Assembly (NCBI GenBank): GCA_963702895.1
Contig: OY969767.1
Span: 1,344,001 to 1,408,000 of the forward strand
Direction of reading: 5' to 3'
Source: an uncultured Elusimicrobia bacterium
GTDB lineage: Bacteria; Elusimicrobiota; Elusimicrobia; 2-01-FULL-59-12
Length of the DNA: 64,000 bases
Position numbers and translations under genes: made by a program. Below are positions 58,028-64,000 of the stretch, one piece after another (position 1 is the first letter of the stretch; the number at the start of each line of letters is the position of its first letter). The notes beneath the pieces were generated by a model. It was not told the DNA's origin and ran no database searches. It saw only the letters and a program-made list of their open reading frames with translations.

Positions 58028-61000
58028 ATGATTCCCTTTATATTTCAGCGATTTGTCGCACTTCTCCTGGTCCCCTCCCTTCTCGTGGACCCGCTCACGG
58101 CGGCTGCCTTATCCAATGAAAGTCCGAGACCTGTTGACTTGGCTGCCGCACGCGGCGTCAATTTCCTCAACCAAGCCTTAATGGAGAGGCTGACAGGCGC
58201 TGAATTCCATCCTGCCGCATCGCCAAAACATATCAGTGTCGTGAAGGATTTAATTCAAAGATTGAGGGAAGCCGCGAAAGGGAAAGTTCAGGGCGGGTCG
58301 TCAACCGATCATCCGTCCTCTGGTAAGGTCGGCCATGGCGATACCGCAGGCTCCGTTAACGGAAATGGTATGTCGCGGCGTGATTTGCTGAAGCAATCTG
58401 CGCTGGCTTTGATGGTTCAGAACCTTCCGGCAGCGGCTCAAGCGGCTCTCGAGGCAGTCCCCATGAAGAGGCGCACGGCTTTTATCCAATTTCTCAGTGC
58501 CTTTCAACAAACACTTGAAGCCTTGCCGCGCGAGGTGAGAGACTACCATCAGGACCCCGACCTCCAGATGGGTGCCGGCAAATTCGGAGAGTTGGCAGAC
58601 GCGATCAGATCCTTGCGCGCTCAAGGAGCTTCGTCAGGGTTCAGCTCGGGCGCGTTGGGGGATTTGCAGGACATCTTTAAATTTTTGCAAGGGTCCGTTC
58701 GTCAACAGGTGGCGTCTCCGGAGTGGCAGACCCGATTTGCTCCAGAGACGCTCAGGATGCTCCAACTCGCAGCCTCGTCACCGAATGACTTTGAGCTGGA
58801 ATATCGTGTCGGCCTCTCCTGCCGCTGGCTGGAAAGCAACGGTATACAGGTAAGCCGTGAGGCAGCCCTGCAATCCGCGCGCGACGCTGTGGTGACGGGG
58901 CAAGAGCCACTTGGCGACTACCTTCAGAAGTGGCTTACGCCGCTCGTTTCAGAGCGTGTCGCGCCTACGGTCGCGCAGGAGGCGCAGCAATTGGCTCGCC
59001 TCGGCGCAAACCCAATTCAAACGGCGGATGCTTTTGCCGTGGAATTCATCCGTGAGTTCCAAAAACATCCTGGCAACGCTTTCTGGCCGAATCCGGATAA
59101 ATTCCAGAAATATGTTCATGGCCAGGCGCGGCTCAAGGCGTTAGATGCGTTCCGCAGCAGCGTCAGCGAATTGGGGACGACCCTGGCGAAGGCTGGGGTC
59201 AGAATCGACGGCGGATTTGTGTCAGCATACAGCAATGACGACTGGGGTTTTAACAAATGGATGAAGGATCCCGCTGCCTATATCCAAGAGATCCGAAGAA
59301 TCACTTGGACTTCGCATGTCCGCGGAATGATGTTACAGCGGCTCGAAGAAAAACGGTCACGCTACAACCACGTCGCCTACCAGCGATTGAGAGACAGCAT
59401 CTTTGACATCCAGGACGAGGGCCTCGATCTGGACGCGGACCCCGACACGCTGTTCCACCAGCTCGAGTCCGCCATGGACGCGGAAGGAATCAACCGTCTC
59501 CCGGCAATTCCCGCGAACCGCGTGCCGCCTCCAATGTCCCAGGTTAAGGCACCCGGCGGCGTGCCCGCGGATCTGGATTCGCTCGTCAAGGACATTGCCG
59601 AGAGAGCGACAGCGACGGATGTCGAGGTCCGGGTCTTTATGGATGCGAAGGGGGCCGTCCGGTTTTTCGACATCCGCCCCTTGGATCCAAACGTGAGAGG
59701 CTTGCTGAGGACCCTGAGAGGCGCAGACCTCCCGTTCCTGAAGAAGAGGAACGGCCGCCCAGGGTGGCGTTACGGAATGCGCATCTCAAAGGGGACGCCT
59801 GCCTCAAAGATCAAATCGCGTCTCTTGTCGGGACTCGATTCTGGCCTCTGGCTGGACTTTTACACGGCGCCGCAGCATGACGGATCCCGCCTCCTCCCAG
59901 CTCAAGAGCCGCAAGCGAGCGAACCACTTTTAGCGCCCCGGATGAGCATTTTCAGCGGCCCCGAGTGGTTTGAACGGTGGGGCGCCCCCCTGGAAAGCGT
60001 GATGGTGGGCGCTCTGGCCAGCGGGATCCCGGCGCTTCTGCTTCTCCTTGTGGGCGTGGACTCAAGTGCTCCGACTGTCCTAAACGAGGCCGTCTTGTTG
60101 CCCGCGATGGCTTTGCTGATCTTGACCTTGGGCCAATGGTTGGCCGTTGACCTGTATAGCGGGCGGCATCCTTTGGATCGAAGGGAAGCATGGGACCGGT
60201 TGATCCGAAATGGCACATGGCTTCGGACTCCGCCGCAGAAGGTGCACGGTTGGGCCACGCGCATTGCCCTGGGCGCTGGCGCCGCGGCGCTGCTCCTGCA
60301 GGCCACGCCGGTACTACCCCTCAGCCTGGCGTCCTACCTCGCCGTCGTCGCAGGGACCTACACGCTGACCCATCTGGCCGTTCATTTCCACCACAATCTC
60401 ACCCACGACAGCGACTTGCGCATGAGCCTTCGTCCGGCCGTACGACCTCCGCTCAATATCCCGATCATGGAATCCCTAAGAGAGCGATGGAAATCGATTT
60501 TGATCGCCGCGCTGTCTCCTCTTCCGTTTTATCTCATCCCCAGAATTATACAGAGACTCATGAAATGGCCGTTTCCTTCGGATCTGGAATTTATGATCAC
60601 ACTTCTGTTCGGTTTTGCGATCGGCATGGCGGGCATGATCATCTATGAAACAGCCGCGCATACGCTGAAATCTCAACGTGGGGCGGGGACCGAACCTTCG
60701 GGACCCTTGGTGACCCAGGGCTTATATCAATGGGTCCGACACCCTATTTACATGGGTTATTTCCTTGCCTACGGCGGAATCCTGTCGATGTTCAGCTCTC
60801 TGATTACCACCGTGCCCTTATTTGTCGTTCTCCCTTCGGTGGTCTACTACTGTGTCGACAAAGCGGGCGCGGAAGAGACCCACTTGCATGCTCGGTTCGG
60901 CGATTTATATCGTGATTACGCGCGCCGCACCCCTTCCTTTTTCCCCTTCCGGCTGCCACGGCTCCGTCTGATGTCGGCAACGGCTCCCGCGGTCGACGGC

Positions 61001-64000
61001 CAACACGAAACTCAAGACCCGGATTCCGAAATCGCCGTTGAGGAGAAGCCTCTCGTCATCATGGCCGAAGATGACCGCCTGCGCCGGCCGCGTATCTTTG
61101 ACGAGATCACAAAATTCCTTGGTGATGCCTATGCTTATCGCGTCTGCAACGATGGGCTTGAAGCGTGGAAAGTCATTGAGGACGCTATAGCATCCGGCCG
61201 CCCCATTGCCCTTCTCGTCACCGACATCTCCATGCCCGGAATTTCGGGATCGGAATTGACGGCACGTCTGCTCGCGTTGCACCCATATGTCCCCATCATC
61301 ATTCATACCACCGAAGCTATGGACGACCTCAGACAAGCGTTCATGGACCCCCGCGTTCGAATCGTTGCCAAAGAAAATTACGCTGGCCTTCGAAGCGATA
61401 TTGCGGAACTTCTGAAGTTGCCCCCCAACGCCGCGGTCGGTAGCGCGGATTCAGCTCCGATGCCGCAGGATGACCCATCACCCGCCAAAAAGACAACTGA
61501 ACCGGCCGCGGGGACTCCTGCAACTCCTGAGCCATCGTCCACAGAACCACAAGCATGGTTGTCGTCGTTCCACGACCAAACCGAAGTCTGGGTGTTCTTC
61601 TTGATCGGCGCCTCCCTGCTCGCGGCCCAAGGTCACATCTTCCCGGTGACCGCGGACTCCGAGACGATGCCTGTGGGTCTTCCCGTGTTTCTTGGATTGG
61701 GGCCCCCTTACAATTTCATTGTCGGTGCTTTTGATCGGGCCCTCCGCCGGATTTTTCCACCTCTGTTTTCGGGACCGGCTGAAGCGTTCACAAATCTGAC
61801 GCCGGAATGGTTTCGAGCGTCCTACAGCGCTTGGCTGCAAACTAAGCGAGGCCGTGCGCTCACGACGGAGGAAGAAACTGAAATTGATCGGTTTGCGCGA
61901 CTCTTGGCTCCCCCGCTGAATCCCATACGCGCAGAAAAACCGACCTGGAAGGACGAATGGAACTCTGCGTACCGGTACATTTTTTTAGGGCAACCTTTGG
62001 ACCTCAAGTCAAAGCGCGCACCAGCGGAAAACGCGACCTCCCTTGGTGAATTGAACGACGCGCTGAAGATTATCGACGGCTACCCCCGCCTATGTTTAAC
62101 GGCTGCCCCCTTGGCGTTTAAGATCCTTCAGGCGCGGGGCTTTTCCGTTCGAAGGGTGAGACGGACGAGATTCGAGGGGATCGTTGAACACGAGTATGTC
62201 GAAGTCGAAGTGGCGGGGCAGTGGCTCATTGTTGATTTGGTGGCGAGCCAATTCGGCATCTTGCAAACCTGGGGTGTTGTCGCGATCCCGAAAGAAATCG
62301 CGACATCCGAGCCTGCCGTGCAGATCTACACGTACGGGGAAGCGGTCGTAAAGGAACAGGCCTTGCTGCCATCCAACCCTGAGACCCCAGGTGTTAGCGA
62401 TAGCCGCGATCTCATCGGACTTGACGCGGTACGGTTTGTTCTATCGAATCAGATGGGACGGAGACTCCCCGAGACCACCATTCAAGAATTGACCAGCTAC
62501 ATCGAAGACTTCTTAAGGGCGCATCAGCTGGAATGGTTGCTGGACCGTGCCAGCATCACGGAGACACGACAGGGGGTGCGGGACAGCACCTCGGAGCTCC
62601 ATGCAGGGCACCAAAACCAAAACAGCCTCGACTGGGTCGAACCCGCGCTGGCTGCGCGCGGCGCCTCCAGGGACACGATCTACCAGCTCAGGTACACTCT
62701 GCCTGGACGATCTCCTCGTAACACTCACGCCGTTTATGAAGCGGTGTCTGCTCTCCTGTTGACGCTCGTGCCGGATGACGTGCCAGTCTATCGCTGGATC
62801 GAGCCCGCCCATGCTGGCCTCCCGGGCGGCGACAGCATGCGAAGCTATTGGGCCGTTGCAACGGCCCAAAACAACAAAGACTTTGCCCATTCAGGCCGTA
62901 TCCTTCTTAAAAGCTATTTTGGACGCCTCAGGCAGACAGGCGTCTTGGTTGACGATACGGGCGTTGACTTCCCAGCCATCTCTCTGATCCATGATCGAAG
63001 AAACGGCCTTGTTTCGCATGAGGTTGTAACTCCTCAACTCGTGCAACCTGGTCCCACCGCATCCACGCTTTCCTCTGCTTTCTCAATACTGGCGGTCTGG
63101 TTGCCCATCCTGATCGGCGCCTCCCTGCTCGCGGTCCAGATGGCATCCGGCCAGTTCTTCCCGGGAGCCGCACAACCAGAAGCCCTGCAGGCGGGCGGCG
63201 CGGCCATGGGGCTGGGCTGGCTCTTCTTGCGTTTGATGGATCTGGTCTCTGCGCCTGAAGGACGCCACGTGGATCCAAGCCCGTCCAGGACGGCGAAAAC
63301 CCAGGCGGCCGATCTGGGAATAGTCTTCAAGCCCCATCTGCTTGAACAATTGCGATATGCGCTCCAAGGCCCCCGTATCGAAGTTTTGAAACGGTTGTTG
63401 GAGTGGGCGGAAGGGTCCGAACTGCGAGGATTGTATCTTCGCACTACCCTGATGCAGCTTGTCGAGGACAATCCCTCATTCGGGGATCGCTTTCATCAAA
63501 AAACGCTTGCCTTGTTCCGGGAGCTGCGCTCGACACCGACACGTTCGACGGTGCAGTACCTGGCATCCCTATTCACGAAAGACAGTACCGCAGGGGTATG
63601 GCTAAAAAACAACCGGATATTCTTGTGGGACGCCACTCACACCTTCGAAGGTCGAATCAATGTGCGGTATTCCCTAAGCTCCGGCCAACGTCAAGCCTTG
63701 GTCGGCGATCTTCTTGTCCCGGAGTCCGGCTCCACCTTCCTGCTGGAATCGGTCCGGGAGGTCTTGAACGACAACCGTATTGGCGATGACGATTTGAACT
63801 ATCCGCTGCAGGTAACAATGATTCAGGAAGGGCTTCGTCAAAAGGTTTACGCCGTGTTCGTCGAATTGAAGGACGGCCGAATGGCGCCGTTTGTCATATC
63901 GGTGCCCCAGAGCGTGAAGCAGAACAACATGGTCAGGAAGGAATTCGAATACTTGCGCCTCCACATAGGTGATCCGCATGCTTTGAGCGTCCTTCGATTA
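58028..64000 (+). CDS. Giant multidomain membrane protein, 3' partial (at least 1,991 aa)
   Basis: Manual translation finds no stop from ATG 58028 (AAGGAG at 58010) to the window end; signal peptide, ICMT/PEMT motif VRHPIY, REC motif TDISMP, transglutaminase-like C-H-D. Confidence 0.93.
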   Translation, partial: MIPFIFQRFVALLLVPSLLVDPLTAAALSNESPRPVDLAAARGVNFLNQALMERLTGAEFHPAASPKHISVVKDLIQRLREAAKGKVQGGSSTDHPSSGKVGHGDTAGSVNGNGMSRRDLLKQSALALMVQNLPAAAQAALEAVPMKRRTAFIQFLSAFQQTLEALPREVRDYHQDPDLQMGAGKFGELADAIRSLRAQGASSGFSSGALGDLQDIFKFLQGSVRQQVASPEWQTRFAPETLRMLQLAASSPNDFELEYRVGLSCRWLESNGIQVSREAALQSARDAVVTGQEPLGDYLQKWLTPLVSERVAPTVAQEAQQLARLGANPIQTADAFAVEFIREFQKHPGNAFWPNPDKFQKYVHGQARLKALDAFRSSVSELGTTLAKAGVRIDGGFVSAYSNDDWGFNKWMKDPAAYIQEIRRITWTSHVRGMMLQRLEEKRSRYNHVAYQRLRDSIFDIQDEGLDLDADPDTLFHQLESAMDAEGINRLPAIPANRVPPPMSQVKAPGGVPADLDSLVKDIAERATATDVEVRVFMDAKGAVRFFDIRPLDPNVRGLLRTLRGADLPFLKKRNGRPGWRYGMRISKGTPASKIKSRLLSGLDSGLWLDFYTAPQHDGSRLLPAQEPQASEPLLAPRMSIFSGPEWFERWGAPLESVMVGALASGIPALLLLLVGVDSSAPTVLNEAVLLPAMALLILTLGQWLAVDLYSGRHPLDRREAWDRLIRNGTWLRTPPQKVHGWATRIALGAGAAALLLQATPVLPLSLASYLAVVAGTYTLTHLAVHFHHNLTHDSDLRMSLRPAVRPPLNIPIMESLRERWKSILIAALSPLPFYLIPRIIQRLMKWPFPSDLEFMITLLFGFAIGMAGMIIYETAAHTLKSQRGAGTEPSGPLVTQGLYQWVRHPIYMGYFLAYGGILSMFSSLITTVPLFVVLPSVVYYCVDKAGAEETHLHARFGDLYRDYARRTPSFFPFRLPRLRLMSATAPAVDGQHETQDPDSEIAVEEKPLVIMAEDDRLRRPRIFDEITKFLGDAYAYRVCNDGLEAWKVIEDAIASGRPIALLVTDISMPGISGSELTARLLALHPYVPIIIHTTEAMDDLRQAFMDPRVRIVAKENYAGLRSDIAELLKLPPNAAVGSADSAPMPQDDPSPAKKTTEPAAGTPATPEPSSTEPQAWLSSFHDQTEVWVFFLIGASLLAAQGHIFPVTADSETMPVGLPVFLGLGPPYNFIVGAFDRALRRIFPPLFSGPAEAFTNLTPEWFRASYSAWLQTKRGRALTTEEETEIDRFARLLAPPLNPIRAEKPTWKDEWNSAYRYIFLGQPLDLKSKRAPAENATSLGELNDALKIIDGYPRLCLTAAPLAFKILQARGFSVRRVRRTRFEGIVEHEYVEVEVAGQWLIVDLVASQFGILQTWGVVAIPKEIATSEPAVQIYTYGEAVVKEQALLPSNPETPGVSDSRDLIGLDAVRFVLSNQMGRRLPETTIQELTSYIEDFLRAHQLEWLLDRASITETRQGVRDSTSELHAGHQNQNSLDWVEPALAARGASRDTIYQLRYTLPGRSPRNTHAVYEAVSALLLTLVPDDVPVYRWIEPAHAGLPGGDSMRSYWAVATAQNNKDFAHSGRILLKSYFGRLRQTGVLVDDTGVDFPAISLIHDRRNGLVSHEVVTPQLVQPGPTASTLSSAFSILAVWLPILIGASLLAVQMASGQFFPGAAQPEALQAGGAAMGLGWLFLRLMDLVSAPEGRHVDPSPSRTAKTQAADLGIVFKPHLLEQLRYALQGPRIEVLKRLLEWAEGSELRGLYLRTTLMQLVEDNPSFGDRFHQKTLALFRELRSTPTRSTVQYLASLFTKDSTAGVWLKNNRIFLWDATHTFEGRINVRYSLSSGQRQALVGDLLVPESGSTFLLESVREVLNDNRIGDDDLNYPLQVTMIQEGLRQKVYAVFVELKDGRMAPFVISVPQSVKQNNMVRKEFEYLRLHIGDPHALSVLRL

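Noticed and set aside
59942..60950. Eukaryote-like Rce1 plus ICMT CAAX-processing pair
   Set aside because: The TM module has only APLES and HxxxH..N and lacks the EExxxR motif of CPBP proteases, so protease activity is unsupported
58301..63979. Scattered short ORFs, a non-coding desert or genetic-code change
   Set aside because: One frame is fully open in the standard code; the listed ORFs are off-frame or antisense shadows

Overview
GC-rich bacterial chromosome window. The lineage is probably Elusimicrobiota or similar (inference from a Bd0055-type histone, a headless complex I and a giant modular membrane protein). Bases 1-49.7 kb are mostly minus-strand housekeeping genes: the translation and isoprenoid cluster rpsO-rpsB, a histone-menG-nuoABCDHJKLMN-polyprenyl synthase run, birA/nadC, a FIST/GAF-kinase/receiver cluster, uvrB, the first half of the dcw cluster (mraY frameshifted) and rnpB. 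The rnpB gene is 833 nt, about twice normal size, because five peripheral helices are extended, three of them by copies of one repeat. Bases 49.8-64 kb are accessory. They hold a 4-TM/winged-helix protein followed by ten helically phased repeats, two tRNAs each followed by a tRNA relic interrupted in the T-loop, a TA pair bracketed by an unknown structured repeat, a luciferase-free LuxE/LuxC/aminotransferase operon and an intact IS256. The last 6 kb is a stop-free ORF of at least 1,991 codons (58028 to the window end) that the supplied ORF track omits. It chains unrelated enzyme and signalling domains with repeated membrane linkers. All domain calls are by motif recognition; no searches were run.
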